The translations under genes were made by a program, and so were the position numbers. This document shows positions 1-15,778 of a stretch of 64,000 nt of DNA, one piece after another. This DNA comes from an uncultured beta proteobacterium (GTDB taxonomy: Bacteria > Pseudomonadota > Gammaproteobacteria > Burkholderiales > Burkholderiaceae_C): positions 5,387 through 69,386 of the forward strand of contig CAITQH010000508.1 of assembly GCA_903894475.1 (NCBI GenBank), in the 5' to 3' direction. A model generated the notes under the pieces. That model was not told the origin of the DNA. It searched no databases and saw only the letters and a list, made by a program, of their open reading frames with translations. Within the stretch, counting starts at the first letter, position 1. Each line of letters starts with the position of its first letter.

Positions 1-2
1 TG

Positions 3-632
3 GCCGGAGCGCTTTCCGGTTTTTTGTTGGTGGCGCCGGTGCTGGCTACCAGTCTGTACGCCCTGAGTCGGGCACGGGAACGCGGCGAGAAAGCCGACCT
101 CGGGGTGGTCCTGAAAACCTGGTTGAACTGGCAAAGCAGCCACTTCAACAAATGGGGCAACGATTACTGGTGTCTCGTGCAATTCGGCTCTCTGCTGGCA
201 CTTGCTGCCACCGGTTGGGTGTTTACATCGGCAGCCCTTATCACGCTGTTGGCCCCATTGCCGATCCAGAATCCGGCAGATTTTGTCCTATATGTCGTCT
301 TGGCCAGAAACGGGATCCTGTTTGAGCTTTGGCTGGTTTTGGGCGGTGTGCTGGCGGCGCCAATTTTTGCTTCCACAGTGATTGCCATTCCCTTGTTGCT
401 GGACCGCCGGGTCACCTTGATGCGAGCCGTCCTTACAAGTTGGCAGGTGGTTCTGTCCAATCCGGTACCAATGGCCATTTGGGCGTCTCTGATTATGGGC
501 TTAACCTTTCTGGGTATGGGTTCCCTCATGCTGGGTCTGATAGTGGTGATTCCTATGCTAGGACACGCCAGTTGGCACGCCTATCGCGATTTGGTGGATG
601 TCTCAACCTTGGCGGAGCGGGAGTCGCGCTGA
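3..632 (+). CDS. DUF2189-like integral membrane protein (5'-truncated by window edge)
   Basis: Frame open from the window start (AGALSGFLLVAP...); multi-TM; C-terminal 'PMLGHASWHAYRDLV' typical of DUF2189. Confidence 0.75.
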   Translation, partial: AGALSGFLLVAPVLATSLYALSRARERGEKADLGVVLKTWLNWQSSHFNKWGNDYWCLVQFGSLLALAATGWVFTSAALITLLAPLPIQNPADFVLYVVLARNGILFELWLVLGGVLAAPIFASTVIAIPLLLDRRVTLMRAVLTSWQVVLSNPVPMAIWASLIMGLTFLGMGSLMLGLIVVIPMLGHASWHAYRDLVDVSTLAERESR

Positions 633-844
633 TGTTTGGCTATTCGGAAGAACAGATTGCCGCATTTGGTCTGACTTTCGGCGTAGGCGGCTTCATGCTC
701 TACATGTTGTTCATCATCAGCCACTTGGCATGGTCATCGAAAGCTGGCAAATTCGGCACTTTTGTCATATTTCTTGGATTGGCTTTCGGCATGACGGGTT
801 TCGCGGCGAAGTACCTTATTCAATGGGCGCTAGACATCAAATAA
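632..844 (+). CDS. Small two-TM membrane protein, DUF2788-like
   Basis: ATG overlaps the upstream TGA; MFGYSEEQIAAFGLTFGVGG...SKAGKFGTFVIFLGL. Confidence 0.7.
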   Translation: MFGYSEEQIAAFGLTFGVGGFMLYMLFIISHLAWSSKAGKFGTFVIFLGLAFGMTGFAAKYLIQWALDIK

Positions 845-917
845 GCACAAGTAGATCGCTTCGTGCCAACAAGGGTACCTGAATTACGGAAATTGCCTGA
901 ACGGGCTTGGTGGTGTA

Positions 918-1496
918 TCAACTGAACGGCCGAACGCCGATCAGCATTCCATGCAACCACAGGGCGAAGGCGAGCCATGCGCCCATCCCGATGATCACAG
1001 TGATCGTGGTCGCGCCGGCACTGCCCCGCGGGTACTGGATACCACCAGAACGGTCACGCCGACGGGCCGCAGAGAAGTTGAAAATGGACCACAGCAGAAA
1101 CAGGCCAAACAGCAGCACATGTGCCAGGTTGCCGTTGGCCATCAAGTGCGCCAGTGCCCACACCTTGACGGCTAACACCATCGGATGGTGAAGGCGTGCC
1201 TTGATACTGTTGCCCGGAACGTAGGCCGCGGCTAGCAGGACAAATGAAACCAAGGTCAGCAGCGCAGCCAGATGGCGCATGCCTGCTGGAGGGCTCCATA
1301 GCTGAACAGGCTGTTGCCGTGCCAGACCAAAGCCCCAAACCAGCAAACCCAAGCCGAGCAGCGACACTGCAGAAAAAAGCGCCTTCCACGGCAACTCGCC
1401 ACTGCGAACCATGGTTCGCGTGCGCCAGTCATTGGCCACAATGCGGACGGAATGCACGCCAAGAAAAACAATCAGCCCAAGAATAAAATACGTCAC
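918..1496 (-). CDS. nnrU: NnrU family membrane protein
   Basis: 'LGLIVFLGVHS', 'HHPMVLAVKVWALAHLMANG', 'LHGMLIGVRP'; GTG start at 1496 chosen by family length. Confidence 0.8.
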   Translation of the reverse strand: MTYFILGLIVFLGVHSVRIVANDWRTRTMVRSGELPWKALFSAVSLLGLGLLVWGFGLARQQPVQLWSPPAGMRHLAALLTLVSFVLLAAAYVPGNSIKARLHHPMVLAVKVWALAHLMANGNLAHVLLFGLFLLWSIFNFSAARRRDRSGGIQYPRGSAGATTITVIIGMGAWLAFALWLHGMLIGVRPFS

Positions 1497-1627
1497 AGGA
1501 ACCCCCAAAATGAATCGATAGACTGCCTGACTATAGTCCGGACCGATGATCGGGCTGGCGCCTATTGCAATGCAGAACAATTTGTTTACACTGGGCGCTC
1601 GATATCAACCCACAAACCGGAGATGCT

Positions 1628-5798
<4,171 letters not shown>

Positions 5799-5895
5799 GT
5801 CAACCTCTATTATTGGTAGCGGTAATTCAAATTGGTGAACAATAAAAGGCGTGTATTTGCCAAATACCGCCATTTTCCCATTTTTATTCTTTCAC

Positions 5896-7308
5896 TTAAC
5901 CCTTGAGCGTCTGTTCCAGTACATGAAGTTGCTGGTTCAGTTCGGTCATCTGTTGTCGTTCGCCACCAATTTTTCGCACGGCGTGCAAAACGGTCGTGTG
6001 GTCGCGCCCACCAAAGAGCTCGCCAATCTCAGGCAGACTCTTCTGTGTCAACTCCTTGGCCAGGTACATCGCGATTTGCCGAGGTCGCGCGATGCTTGCC
6101 GGACGTTTCTTGGAATACATGTCGGCGATCTTTATCTTGTAGTAATCGGCGACCGTTTTCTGGATGTTTTCCACCGAGATCTGGCGGTTCTGAATTGACA
6201 GCAGGTCGCGCAGCGCTTCGCGCGCCAACAGGATGGAGATTTCTTTCTGGTTGAAGCGGGAATACGCCAGAATCTTTCGCAAGGCGCCTTCCAACTCACG
6301 CACATTGGATCGGACGTTCTTTGCCACAAAAAAGGCGACTTCTTCAGGCATTTCAATGCCTTCAACCCGCGCTTTGTTGATCAGGATCGCCACCCGCATC
6401 TCCAATTCGGGCGGCTCGATGGCAACCGTCAGACCGGAGTCAAAGCGCGACACCAGTCGCTCGTGAATATCTGCCAGACCTTTGGGGTAGGTGTCGCTGG
6501 TCATGACAATGTGCGACTTTTTTGCCAACAGCGCTTCGAACGCATTGAAAAACTCTTCCTGCGTGCGCTCCTTGTTGGCGAAGAACTGAACGTCATCGAT
6601 CAGCAGCAGGTCGAGCGAATGGTAGCGCTCCTTGAATTCGTCAAAAGTCTTGCGCTGATAGGCCTTGACCACATCGGAGACAAACTGCTCTGCGTGGATG
6701 TAGAGAACTTTGGCCGTGGGCTTGTCGCTCAGTAGCCGGTTGCCTACGGCGTGCATCAAGTGGGTTTTGCCCAGGCCCACGCCGCCATAGATAAACAGCG
6801 GGTTGTACAAATGGCCCGGCATGCCGGCAACGTGCATGGCTGCGGCTCGTGCCATTCGGTTCGCCCCCCCCTCAACCAAAGTGTCAAAGGTCAGTGATGT
6901 GTTAAGTCGATTCTTGACGCTGCCCGGGCTTCGTTCCTCCCCTATCTCGTTGGCTTCTTCCATCGCGATAGGTTCTACAGATCGCTGAATAGAACTAATC
7001 CTGACAATGTTTTCCCTAGGAGTGAGCGCCAACTCCATTTGAATGGACTGGCCCGAAAACTTGCTCAACAAACTGGAAATTCGACCGCTGTACTGAGCCC
7101 TGATCCAATCCAGCTTGAACCGATTGGCAACAAAAACAGTGACCTTGGTCAGGTCATTTGCGACCTCGGCTGAGAGCGGCTTTATCCAGGTGTTGAACTG
7201 CTGCTCGGGGAGCTCTTGGGCCAGCTGGTCGACGCAATTTTGCCAGAGGTTCTGGCCGGCGCCGTGCCCTTGGAAGCCAGACTCACCGGCGTATTGTCCC
7301 TCTGTCAT
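5896..7308 (-). CDS. dnaA: Chromosomal replication initiator DnaA
   Basis: '[17 protein letters not shown]', 'LLIDDVQF', '[11 protein letters not shown]'. Confidence 0.99.
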   Translation of the reverse strand: MTEGQYAGESGFQGHGAGQNLWQNCVDQLAQELPEQQFNTWIKPLSAEVANDLTKVTVFVANRFKLDWIRAQYSGRISSLLSKFSGQSIQMELALTPRENIVRISSIQRSVEPIAMEEANEIGEERSPGSVKNRLNTSLTFDTLVEGGANRMARAAAMHVAGMPGHLYNPLFIYGGVGLGKTHLMHAVGNRLLSDKPTAKVLYIHAEQFVSDVVKAYQRKTFDEFKERYHSLDLLLIDDVQFFANKERTQEEFFNAFEALLAKKSHIVMTSDTYPKGLADIHERLVSRFDSGLTVAIEPPELEMRVAILINKARVEGIEMPEEVAFFVAKNVRSNVRELEGALRKILAYSRFNQKEISILLAREALRDLLSIQNRQISVENIQKTVADYYKIKIADMYSKKRPASIARPRQIAMYLAKELTQKSLPEIGELFGGRDHTTVLHAVRKIGGERQQMTELNQQLHVLEQTLKG

Positions 7309-7324
7309 TGCTTGCACCAACCTC

Positions 7325-7382
7325 TGTGGATAGTTTTCAATTGTGGCGCTGGGAATTGTAGATTATTAAAGTTTTATCCACA
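7325..7382. promoter_or_regulatory. Two DnaA boxes upstream of dnaA (autoregulation / candidate oriC)
   Basis: TTATCCACA at 7374-7382 (perfect) and TGTGGATAG at 7325-7333 (1 mismatch, opposite strand), with an AT-rich stretch between them. Confidence 0.75.
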
Positions 7383-7438
7383 AGCTCGGAAAACCCCCGC
7401 AAAGTTCCAGTGGTACGGGCTTTATGCAATGCAAGCTA

Positions 7439-7467
7439 TTGCCGGGACTGGGAAAGTTTGCGATAAT
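7439..7467 (+). promoter_or_regulatory. Putative sigma70 promoter of the rpmH operon
   Basis: TTGCCG-N17-GATAAT. Confidence 0.5.
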
Positions 7468-7560
7468 CTAGGGTTACCCTGCCTTCATTGGGCACGACAA
7501 GACGGTGACTTGCTGCAAAATTGGCGGCGGGCTGTCGTTGATCACTTTAGGATTTTCAAT

Positions 7561-7695
7561 ATGAAACGCACTTACCAACCTTCCAAGATTCGCCGCGCCC
7601 GTACTCATGGCTTCCTGGTACGCATGAAGACGCGTGGCGGCCGGGCCGTGATCAACGCCCGCCGTGCCAAGGGTCGCAAACGTCTGGCGGTCTAA
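7561..7695 (+). CDS. rpmH: 50S ribosomal protein L34
   Basis: [44 protein letters not shown]. Confidence 0.99.
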   Translation: MKRTYQPSKIRRARTHGFLVRMKTRGGRAVINARRAKGRKRLAV

Positions 7696-7750
7696 TTTCA
7701 GCGGTCGGCGTAGCGCGTAGCTGAACAGCTCTTGTGGCGCCATTTTCAAA

Positions 7751-8194
7751 GTGCAGCGACTGAAAGCGCGAAGCCAGTTTCAGGCTGTATTAGCTGGTGG
7801 TACCGTGGCCCGCACAGCCCATTTTGCACTGCACCGTGCTGGCTTGGGTCTGGGTGGCACCGAGTCAAGTGCTGCTGGAGCCACCAGTCTGCCCTGTCCA
7901 GCGCAAGCCGGGTTGTGTGATGTGGCTATGGGCGCCATGGTGCCTAAGCGCTGGGCCAAACGGGCAGTGACACGAAACACGATCAAGCGACAGATTTACA
8001 GTGTCGGCGCGGAATTTGAGTCGATCCTTTGCTTTGCGGCCCATGTAGTGCGTCTGCGGGCGAGTTTTGACAAGGCACAATTTCCGAGCGCCACTTCCGA
8101 TATGCTCAAGACTGCTGTGCGCTGCGAGTTGCAGCAACTTTTCACCAACACCGCCGTGCGTAGGCCCGGCAGTGTTCAGGATGCACGCCCATGA
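7751..8194 (+). CDS. rnpA: Ribonuclease P protein component
   Basis: RNR-like motif 'KRWAKRAVTRNTIKRQI'; canonical position after rpmH. Confidence 0.92.
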   Translation: MQRLKARSQFQAVLAGGTVARTAHFALHRAGLGLGGTESSAAGATSLPCPAQAGLCDVAMGAMVPKRWAKRAVTRNTIKRQIYSVGAEFESILCFAAHVVRLRASFDKAQFPSATSDMLKTAVRCELQQLFTNTAVRRPGSVQDARP

Positions 8195-8463
8195 TCAGGG
8201 CGCTGTTGCTCGGGCTGGTCAAGACCTACCGCCTGTTGTTTAGTCCTTGGCTGGGGTCATCCTGCCGATTCGAGCCGACTTGCTCCCTGTATTCTCTGCA
8301 GGCATTAAAGTTGCATGGCGCAACCGTCGGCACCTACCTGACCTTGGCGAGGCTAGGTCGTTGCCATCCTTGGTGTCTGGGCGGGCCTGATCCTGTTCCA
8401 ACCGAAAAACCCCGGCTCTTTACCCAGCTGTTTCCCTCCCCCACTCAAAAGAAGTCTTCATGA
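8191..8463 (+). CDS. yidD: Membrane protein insertion efficiency factor
   Basis: 'CRFEPTCS', 'RCHPW', 'GPDPVP'. Confidence 0.95.
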   Translation: MIRALLLGLVKTYRLLFSPWLGSSCRFEPTCSLYSLQALKLHGATVGTYLTLARLGRCHPWCLGGPDPVPTEKPRLFTQLFPSPTQKKSS

Positions 8464-10169
8464 ACGATATTCGCCGCACCATTTTGTGGGTGATTTTTGG
8501 TTTTTCCATGGTCTTGCTGTGGGACCAATGGCAGGTTTACAACGGTCACAAAGCGACCTTTTTCCCGGGTGCCGGCAAGTCTGCCGCGACGCCCGCTCCC
8601 GCAGCACCGGCCTCAAGTGTCCCGACGTCGGCGTCCAACGGCGGCACAGTGGCGCCCGCTGCGCTGGTGCCTGGTGCCGCAGTCCAGGCTGCGCCAGCGG
8701 CGATCGCATCGATATCCCGGGAACGTCTGGTCGTGACGACCGACGTGTTGAAACTGACCTTTGACACCGAGGGTGGCTCGCTCGTGCAAACAGAGTTTCT
8801 TAAACACGCCGACATGACCGACAAGACAAAGAAATCCGTCTTGCTCGATGAAAGCAAGGAGCGCACCTATGTTGCGCAATCGGGCTTGATCGCTGGAGCA
8901 GCAGGCGGGGTGTTCCCAACACACAAGACGATCATGAGTGTCATGCCAGGTGAGCGCAATCTGAAGGGCGACGCCAAAGAAGTGGTGCTTCGGTTTGAGT
9001 CCCCCGAGGTCGGCGGCGTCAAGCTGGTCAAGACCTTCACGCTGAGCCGTGGCGCCTACGCGGTTGCGGTCAAGCACGAGGTGATCAACGTCGGTACTTC
9101 CGCCGTGTCGCCGCAACTCTACTTGCAGTTGGTCCGCGATGGCAACAAGCCCGTGGGCGAGTCTTCTTTCTACTCCACATTCACTGGCCCGGCGGTCTAT
9201 ACGGAGGCCAAGAAATACCAGAAGGTGGAGTTTGCCGATATTGAAAAGAACAAGGTTGACATCGAAAAGACAGCGGAAAACGGCTACGTGGCGATGGTGC
9301 AGCACTATTTCGCCAGCGCCTGGTTGCTGGGCGATGGCATCAAACGTGATCTGTTCATGCGAAAGGTCGACACCAATCTGTATGCAGTGGGCATGATTAC
9401 TGCCTTGAACGACATTGCACCGGGTTCCAGCAAAACCCTGGAAGCCAAGTTCTTTGCTGGTCCGCAGGAAGAAAAAGTGATGGAGTCGCTTGCCCCCGGG
9501 CTTGAACTGGTGAAGGATTACGGCTGGCTCACGATTCTGGCTAAACCACTCTACTGGTTGCTGGACAAGATACAGAGTTTTATCGGCAACTGGGGCTGGT
9601 CGATCATGGCGTTGGTGCTGTTGCTGAAGGCTGCGTTTTACTGGCTCAACGCCAAAGCCTACGCCAGCATGGCCAAGATGAAGGCCATCAACCCCAAAGT
9701 GACCGAAATGCGCGAGCGTCTGAAGGACAACCCGCAGCAGATGCAGCAGGAGATGATGCGAATCTACCGGGAAGAAAAAGTCAATCCGATGGGCGGATGC
9801 TTCCCCATCATGATCCAGATCCCGGTCTTTATCGCGCTGTATTGGGTACTTTTATCCAGCGTCGAGATGCGCAATGCGCCCTGGGTGATGTGGATTCACG
9901 ATCTGTCTTCACCTGACCCCTATTACATTTTGCCGATCATCATGACCCTCACCACGGTGCTGCAAACCGCGCTCAACCCAGCGCCGCCGGACCCGATGCA
10001 AGCCAAGATGATGTGGTTCATGCCGCTTGCTTTCAGCGTCATGTTCTTCTTCTTCCCGGCTGGTTTGGTGCTGTACTGGATTACCAACAACGTGTTGTCG
10101 ATCGCGCAGCAGTGGGTCATCAATACCCGAATGGGTGTGCCACCCCAATTCAACCTGCCAAAGTTCTGA
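8460..10169 (+). CDS. yidC: Membrane protein insertase YidC
   Basis: 'DYGWL', 'GNWGWSI', 'NPMGGCFP', 'LVLYWITNN'. Confidence 0.98.
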   Translation: MNDIRRTILWVIFGFSMVLLWDQWQVYNGHKATFFPGAGKSAATPAPAAPASSVPTSASNGGTVAPAALVPGAAVQAAPAAIASISRERLVVTTDVLKLTFDTEGGSLVQTEFLKHADMTDKTKKSVLLDESKERTYVAQSGLIAGAAGGVFPTHKTIMSVMPGERNLKGDAKEVVLRFESPEVGGVKLVKTFTLSRGAYAVAVKHEVINVGTSAVSPQLYLQLVRDGNKPVGESSFYSTFTGPAVYTEAKKYQKVEFADIEKNKVDIEKTAENGYVAMVQHYFASAWLLGDGIKRDLFMRKVDTNLYAVGMITALNDIAPGSSKTLEAKFFAGPQEEKVMESLAPGLELVKDYGWLTILAKPLYWLLDKIQSFIGNWGWSIMALVLLLKAAFYWLNAKAYASMAKMKAINPKVTEMRERLKDNPQQMQQEMMRIYREEKVNPMGGCFPIMIQIPVFIALYWVLLSSVEMRNAPWVMWIHDLSSPDPYYILPIIMTLTTVLQTALNPAPPDPMQAKMMWFMPLAFSVMFFFFPAGLVLYWITNNVLSIAQQWVINTRMGVPPQFNLPKF

Positions 10170-10177
10170 GTTGCAGC

Positions 10178-11584
10178 GTGCTGGCGCGTCATCAGGATCC
10201 GATTGCGGCCATCGCCACCGCAGCCGGTCGGGGCGCGGTTGGCATTGTTCGAGTCAGCGGCAAGCAGCTTGAGCCCTTGGTGCAGGCGATCTGCGGACGG
10301 CGACTGCAGCCGCGTCAGGCGAGCTACGGGGCGTTTCTTGATTCTGCGGGCCAAGCCATAGATTTCGGTCTGGCGATTTTCTTTCCTGCCCCCCACTCCT
10401 TCACGGGTGAGGATGTGCTGGAGTTGCAGGCGCATGGTGGACCGGTGGTTCTGCAGCTTTTGTTGGCCCGTGTGATTGAAGCTGGCGCTCAGATCGCTGA
10501 CAGCGGCAAGCAGCCACAACTGGCCGATTTGCGGGTGGCGCAACCGGGTGAATTTTCCGAGCGAGCTTTTCTCAATGGCAAGATCGATCTGGCCCAAGCG
10601 GAGGCGATTGCGGATTTGATTGACGCCAGCACCGAGGCCGCTGCGCGCGGTGCCAGTCGATCCCTTTCGGGCGCGTTTTCCGGCGAGATCAATACGCTGC
10701 GGGATCGCTTGATCCAGTTGCGCATGTTGGTCGAGGCAACGCTGGATTTTCCCGAAGAAGAAATCGATTTCCTGCGTAAGGCCGACGCCCTCGGCCAATT
10801 GACGGGTTTGCAGGAAACGGTGAAAACCGTCCTGCAAAGCGCGCGCCAGGGGGCGCTCTTGCGCGAAGGCATCCGTGTGGTGATCGCGGGGCAGCCCAAT
10901 GCAGGAAAGTCGTCCTTGCTGAACGCTCTGGCCGGCGCCGAATTGGCCATCGTGACCCCGGTGGCCGGAACCACGCGCGACAAAGTACAACAAACGATTC
11001 AGATCGAAGGGGTGCCTGTCCACGTGGTTGACACAGCAGGTCTGCGCGAGAGTGACGATGAAGTCGAGAAGGTAGGCATCACACATGCCTGGGACGCCAT
11101 CAAAGATGCCGATGTGGTCTTATTCCTGCATGACCTGACGCGCTCTGACAATGCGGCTTACTGCGCTGATGATGCTGCCATTGCTGGCTTGCTGGCAGAA
11201 AAACTGCCAGGCAGGACACCTGTCATTGATATCTGGAACAAGGTCGATGCGGTCAACAAACAGGGTCACCAGCCGGGTCTGAACTTGTCTGCGAAGACGG
11301 GACTCGGGCTCGATGCCTTGCGCAGCGAGTTGCTGGCCCTGGCCGGCTGGCAATCTGCACCTGAGGGCGTCTACATTTCGCGGCAGCGGCATCTACAGGC
11401 ATTGCAGCGCGTACAGGATCACTTGATCGATGCGCACGCGCATCTGCTGGATCACGGGGCCTCACTCGATTTGCTGGCGGAAGAACTTCGCCTGGCGCAA
11501 AACGCCTTGAGTGAGATTACCGGTGAATTTACTTCAGATGATCTCCTGGGGACGATCTTCTCCAAGTTCTGCATTGGAAAATAG
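10178..11584 (+). CDS. mnmE: tRNA modification GTPase MnmE
   Basis: 'DPIAAIAT', 'GQPNAGKSS', 'GTTRD', 'DTAG', C-terminal 'FCIGK'; GTG start. Confidence 0.97.
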   Translation: MLARHQDPIAAIATAAGRGAVGIVRVSGKQLEPLVQAICGRRLQPRQASYGAFLDSAGQAIDFGLAIFFPAPHSFTGEDVLELQAHGGPVVLQLLLARVIEAGAQIADSGKQPQLADLRVAQPGEFSERAFLNGKIDLAQAEAIADLIDASTEAAARGASRSLSGAFSGEINTLRDRLIQLRMLVEATLDFPEEEIDFLRKADALGQLTGLQETVKTVLQSARQGALLREGIRVVIAGQPNAGKSSLLNALAGAELAIVTPVAGTTRDKVQQTIQIEGVPVHVVDTAGLRESDDEVEKVGITHAWDAIKDADVVLFLHDLTRSDNAAYCADDAAIAGLLAEKLPGRTPVIDIWNKVDAVNKQGHQPGLNLSAKTGLGLDALRSELLALAGWQSAPEGVYISRQRHLQALQRVQDHLIDAHAHLLDHGASLDLLAEELRLAQNALSEITGEFTSDDLLGTIFSKFCIGK

Positions 11585-11592
11585 ACGAGAGC

Positions 11593-12147
11593 TCAGTGCC
11601 CGGAAAAATCGACCAGGGTAAATAGCGGCAAACCGGAAGCACGCAGTTTTTCGGAGCCGCCAAGCTCTGGCAAATCGACAATGGCCGCACCTTCCATGAC
11701 TCGGGCGCCGAGTTTTTCGAGTAATTTCTTGCCTGCCATCATAGTGCCACCGGTGGCGATCAGGTCGTCAATCAACAGCACCCGATCGCCTTGCTTGACG
11801 GCGTCCGTATGCAGTTCGACCGTTGCGCTGCCGTACTCCAGCTCATAGGTTTCTTCTACGGTTGTGAACGGCAACTTGCCCTTCTTTCGGATTGGAACGA
11901 ATCCGACGTTCAATTCGTAAGCCACCACAGCGCCCAGAATGAAGCCACGGGCGTCCAGTCCTGCCACCACGTCAGGGCGCATGTCCGGCCCCATGTAGCG
12001 GTGCACAAAGGCATCAATCAACACGCGAAATACCTTGGCCTCCTGCAACAGTGGCGTGATGTCGCGAAACTGGACACCCGGCGCAGGCCAGTCAGGCACG
12101 GTGCGGATGTGATCTCTGAGATATTGATTGACGCTGAGGTTTTGCAT
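11593..12147 (-). CDS. apt: Adenine phosphoribosyltransferase
   Basis: 'FRDITPLL', 'RKKGKLP', '[10 protein letters not shown]'. Confidence 0.97.
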   Translation of the reverse strand: MQNLSVNQYLRDHIRTVPDWPAPGVQFRDITPLLQEAKVFRVLIDAFVHRYMGPDMRPDVVAGLDARGFILGAVVAYELNVGFVPIRKKGKLPFTTVEETYELEYGSATVELHTDAVKQGDRVLLIDDLIATGGTMMAGKKLLEKLGARVMEGAAIVDLPELGGSEKLRASGLPLFTLVDFSGH

Positions 12148-12203
12148 GGTGCGTTGATGAGAGCTTGATTCGGTATTGTGCCTTGCGGCACAGCGACGTC
12201 GGT

Positions 12204-14189
12204 TCAGCCCAGCAGCAGCTTTTGTTCCGCCAGCAGTAGCGACTCGGTCTTGCCTGACAGAACCAGGGTATCGCCATCTTCAATCGCAGGATCCTGCATG
12301 ACCGATATCACTTTGCCGCCGCTGCGGCGCAGACTGACGATGTGGACCTCCACTGTCTGCTCGGTCAGTTCGCTGAGCCGTTTGCCGATACAGGCAGCGC
12401 CCGGCGGCAGTGTCAAGGATGTCAGGCGCTCCTGATGCAGTTCGTCGGCCGAGTTGTCATCGGCACCATGGAAAAAGCCGCGCAGCAGGTTGTAACGGGC
12501 ATCACGCTGACCTTGAACGATGCGCAGCACGCGTCGCATCGGTACACCAACCAGAGCCAGCGCATGACTGGCCAGCATCAGAGAACCCTCAATAGCTTCA
12601 GGCACCACTTCGGTGGCCCCCGCCTGCTGCAGCGCCTCAAGATCATGGTCGTCCTGTGTGCGAACGATAACGGGCACCTTTGGCGCGTGGGCGCGCACAT
12701 GCGCCAGCACCTTCATGGCGGCCGGAACTTCCAGGTAAGTGATGACAACGGCACTGGCGCGTGCCAGGCCTGCCGCCATCAGGGCTTGCAGACGTGCGGC
12801 ATCACCGAATACAACAGAATCACCCGCCGCCGCTGCCTGACGCACGCGATCCGGATCCAGATCCAGCGCCATGTAGGGAATGCCCTCAAGCTCAAGCATG
12901 CGCGCCAGGTTTTGTCCGCAACGACCAAAGCCGCAGATGATCACATGCTTGTTGACATTGATGGACTTGCGGGCAATGGTGGTCATTTGCAGTGACTGCT
13001 GCAGCCACTCGCTGCTGACCAGCTTCATCACCAGTGGGTTGCTGTACAGGATGATGAAGGGCGTTGCCAGCATGGAAAGCACCATGCTTGCCAGGATCGG
13101 ATTGAGCAGGGCGGGCGGCACCAGTGCATTGCTTTGCGCCAGTGTCAACAGCACAAATCCGAATTCGCCGGCCTGTGCCAGGTACAGCCCGGTGCGCATC
13201 GAGACGCCTGCGGTGGCACCCAGAGCGCGCGCCAGCCCGGTAACCACGGCAGCCTTGAACAGCACAGGCAGTGTGACCAGCAACAGCACCAGTGGCCAGC
13301 GTTCCAGAACCAGGCGCCAGTCAAGCATCATGCCAATGCTGATGAAGAACAGCCCCAACAAAACATCATGAAACGGCCGGATATCCGTTTCCACCTGTTG
13401 CTTGAACTGGGTCTCCGAGATCAGCATGCCAGCAATAAAGGCGCCCAGCGCCAGACTCAAGCCGGCCAACTCCGTTAACCAGGCCAGACCCAAGGTGATT
13501 AGCAGCAAATTCAGCACAAACAATTCCTCGCTCTTGCGTCGTGCCACCAGTGTCAGCCACCATCGGATCACGTGCGGGCCACCAATCAGCAGCAGCGTGA
13601 TCAGGAGCGCAGCCTTCAGTGCGGCCACCAGCAGCGTGTTAAACAGTGCTTCACCCGTGGCTCCGAGAGCCGGGATCAGAACCAGCAAGGGGACCACGGC
13701 CAGATCCTGAAACAGCAGTACGCCCATGACACGCTTGCCGTGTTCAGACTCCATTTCCAGCCGCTCGGTCATCAGCTGCACCACAATGGCTGTGCTGCTC
13801 ATCGCCAGCGCGCTGGACAAGGCCAATGCGGTTTGCCAACTCATGCCCCACAGCTTTGGGGCGAGAAAGGCCAGAGCCATGGCCGCAGCCGTGGCGCCAA
13901 GCATGGTCAGCAGCACCTGGAAGAAGCCGAGTCCAAACACATGGTTGCGCATGGCGCGCAGCTTGGCCAGATTGAACTCCAGCCCAATAACAAACATCAG
14001 AAAGACAACACCGAATTCACCCAGGTTGCGCACGCCATCGGCGTTCTTTGCCACAGCCAGCGCGTTGGGTCCAATCACCACGCCGACGGCCAGGTAGCCC
14101 AGCATCGGCGGTAGCTTGAAAGAGCGGCACACGACCACCCCCAGCACGGCTGCCAGCAGGTACAGAAGTGTCAGTTGAAGCGGGCTCAT
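12204..14189 (-). CDS. CPA2 family K+/H+ antiporter (Kef-like) with TrkA-N and TrkA-C domains
   Basis: '[10 protein letters not shown]', 'QAGEFGFV', 'ICGFGRCG' Rossmann-like motif. Confidence 0.9.
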   Translation of the reverse strand: MSPLQLTLLYLLAAVLGVVVCRSFKLPPMLGYLAVGVVIGPNALAVAKNADGVRNLGEFGVVFLMFVIGLEFNLAKLRAMRNHVFGLGFFQVLLTMLGATAAAMALAFLAPKLWGMSWQTALALSSALAMSSTAIVVQLMTERLEMESEHGKRVMGVLLFQDLAVVPLLVLIPALGATGEALFNTLLVAALKAALLITLLLIGGPHVIRWWLTLVARRKSEELFVLNLLLITLGLAWLTELAGLSLALGAFIAGMLISETQFKQQVETDIRPFHDVLLGLFFISIGMMLDWRLVLERWPLVLLLVTLPVLFKAAVVTGLARALGATAGVSMRTGLYLAQAGEFGFVLLTLAQSNALVPPALLNPILASMVLSMLATPFIILYSNPLVMKLVSSEWLQQSLQMTTIARKSINVNKHVIICGFGRCGQNLARMLELEGIPYMALDLDPDRVRQAAAAGDSVVFGDAARLQALMAAGLARASAVVITYLEVPAAMKVLAHVRAHAPKVPVIVRTQDDHDLEALQQAGATEVVPEAIEGSLMLASHALALVGVPMRRVLRIVQGQRDARYNLLRGFFHGADDNSADELHQERLTSLTLPPGAACIGKRLSELTEQTVEVHIVSLRRSGGKVISVMQDPAIEDGDTLVLSGKTESLLLAEQKLLLG

Positions 14190-14234
14190 GGGCCGGATAC
14201 TAGCAAGTCGCGCGCTGATCTATAAAATGAACGG

Positions 14235-15236
14235 ATGACAAGCCAACACACCACGGCCCGAAACAGTCAGGCCGAGCAGGCCATTCGACTGGCGCGCGAG
14301 ACGCTGGACATTGAGGCTGCCGCCGTGCTTGGTCTGAAGCAGCATCTTGGAGATTCCTTTGCTCAGGCTGTCGAGATGATGTTGCGCGTCAGCGGTCGGG
14401 TGGTTGTGATGGGCATGGGCAAGAGCGGTCATATCGGGCGCAAGATTGCCGCCACACTGGCTTCCACTGGAACGCCAGCCTTGTTCGTCCATCCGGCTGA
14501 AGCCAGCCATGGCGACCTGGGCATGATCAAGCCGGTCGATCTTGTACTGGCCATCTCGAACAGCGGAGAGTCAGAGGAATTGACGGCTATTCTGCCGGTG
14601 CTCAAGCGTATGGGGGCGCCACTGATTGCCATGACCGGCAAAGCCGAATCTACATTGGCCCGGCATGCCGATATCTTTCTCGATTGCGCCGTGCAGAAGG
14701 AGGCCTGCCCGCTCAATCTGGCGCCGACAGCCAGCACCACAGCCCAGCTTGCGCTTGGTGACGCACTGGCAGTGGCCTTGCTTGATGCACGCGGCTTCAA
14801 GGCGGAAGACTTTGCCCGGTCGCACCCAGGCGGTGCACTGGGGCGCAAGTTGCTCACTCACGTCAGTGACGTGATGCGTTCGGGCGACGCGGTGCCGCGA
14901 GTCGGACCGCGAGCCAGTTTCAGCGAGTTGATGCGCGAGATGAGTAGCAAGGGTCTTGGAGCAACCGCCATCGTGGATGACGACGATCAGGTGATGGGCA
15001 TTTTTACCGATGGCGATTTGCGTCGGCTGGTTGAAAAAGGCATTGACTTGCGGGACACCACGGCGCAGCAGGTCATGCACCCCAAACCCAGCACCGTAGC
15101 TCGTGATGCGCTTGCGGTGGAGGCGGCCGAAATGATGGAACATCGCTGTATTACCAGTGTGTTGGTGGTTGATGCGACGGGGCGCTTGTGTGGCGCTCTC
15201 AACAGCAATGACCTGATGCGGGCCAAGGTGATATGA
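14235..15236 (+). CDS. kdsD: Arabinose-5-phosphate isomerase (SIS + CBS)
   Basis: 'GMGKSGHIG', 'EASHGDLG', 'APTAST', 'HPGGALG'. Confidence 0.95.
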   Translation: MTSQHTTARNSQAEQAIRLARETLDIEAAAVLGLKQHLGDSFAQAVEMMLRVSGRVVVMGMGKSGHIGRKIAATLASTGTPALFVHPAEASHGDLGMIKPVDLVLAISNSGESEELTAILPVLKRMGAPLIAMTGKAESTLARHADIFLDCAVQKEACPLNLAPTASTTAQLALGDALAVALLDARGFKAEDFARSHPGGALGRKLLTHVSDVMRSGDAVPRVGPRASFSELMREMSSKGLGATAIVDDDDQVMGIFTDGDLRRLVEKGIDLRDTTAQQVMHPKPSTVARDALAVEAAEMMEHRCITSVLVVDATGRLCGALNSNDLMRAKVI

Positions 15237-15778
15237 CTCCCGCACTCAGTTTCCCACCAGAACTCCTGCTTCAGGCGCAAGGCATCCAGCTGGTGTTTTT
15301 CGATGTGGATGGCGTGCTGACGGACGGTGGTCTTTATTTTGGCGAGACCGGCGAAACAATCAAGCGCTTTCATACACTGGACGGCCATGGACTGAAATTA
15401 CTCCAGCGTGCCGGTATCACGCCGGCGGTCATCACCGGCCGCGATTCGAAAGCCCTGCGTTTGCGTCTGGCGGCGCTGGGCGTTGAACACGTGCACTATG
15501 GGAAAGAAGACAAGCAGCCGGCTGCCGAGGAAACTCTGAAGACCCTGGGTCTGGACTGGAGTCAGGCAGCCGCTATGGGGGACGACTGGCCGGACCTGCC
15601 GGTGATGCAGCGCTGTGCGCTGGCTTGTGCTCCGCCCAATGCCCACGTCGAAGTCAAAGCGATGGCGCACTATGTAACGCAGGCGTCTGGCGGACAGGGT
15701 GCTGCCAGGGAATTGTGTGACTTGCTGCTGGTTGCCAGCGGCAAGTATGCGGCGCTGTTGCGGGAAGCGGCGCAGTGA
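15233..15778 (+). CDS. kdsC: KDO-8-phosphate phosphatase (HAD)
   Basis: 'FDVDGVLTDG', 'GDDWPD', 'GGQGAARE'. Confidence 0.95.
   Translation: MTPALSFPPELLLQAQGIQLVFFDVDGVLTDGGLYFGETGETIKRFHTLDGHGLKLLQRAGITPAVITGRDSKALRLRLAALGVEHVHYGKEDKQPAAEETLKTLGLDWSQAAAMGDDWPDLPVMQRCALACAPPNAHVEVKAMAHYVTQASGGQGAARELCDLLLVASGKYAALLREAAQ

Noticed and set aside
11017-11030. TGTCCACGTGGTTG as a parS site
   Set aside because: Only the central CCACGTGG is palindromic, and it lies within mnmE coding sequence.
11560-11600. 3' end of mnmE as a genomic island integration hotspot
   Set aside because: apt follows after 8 nt; no integrase or att duplication seen.
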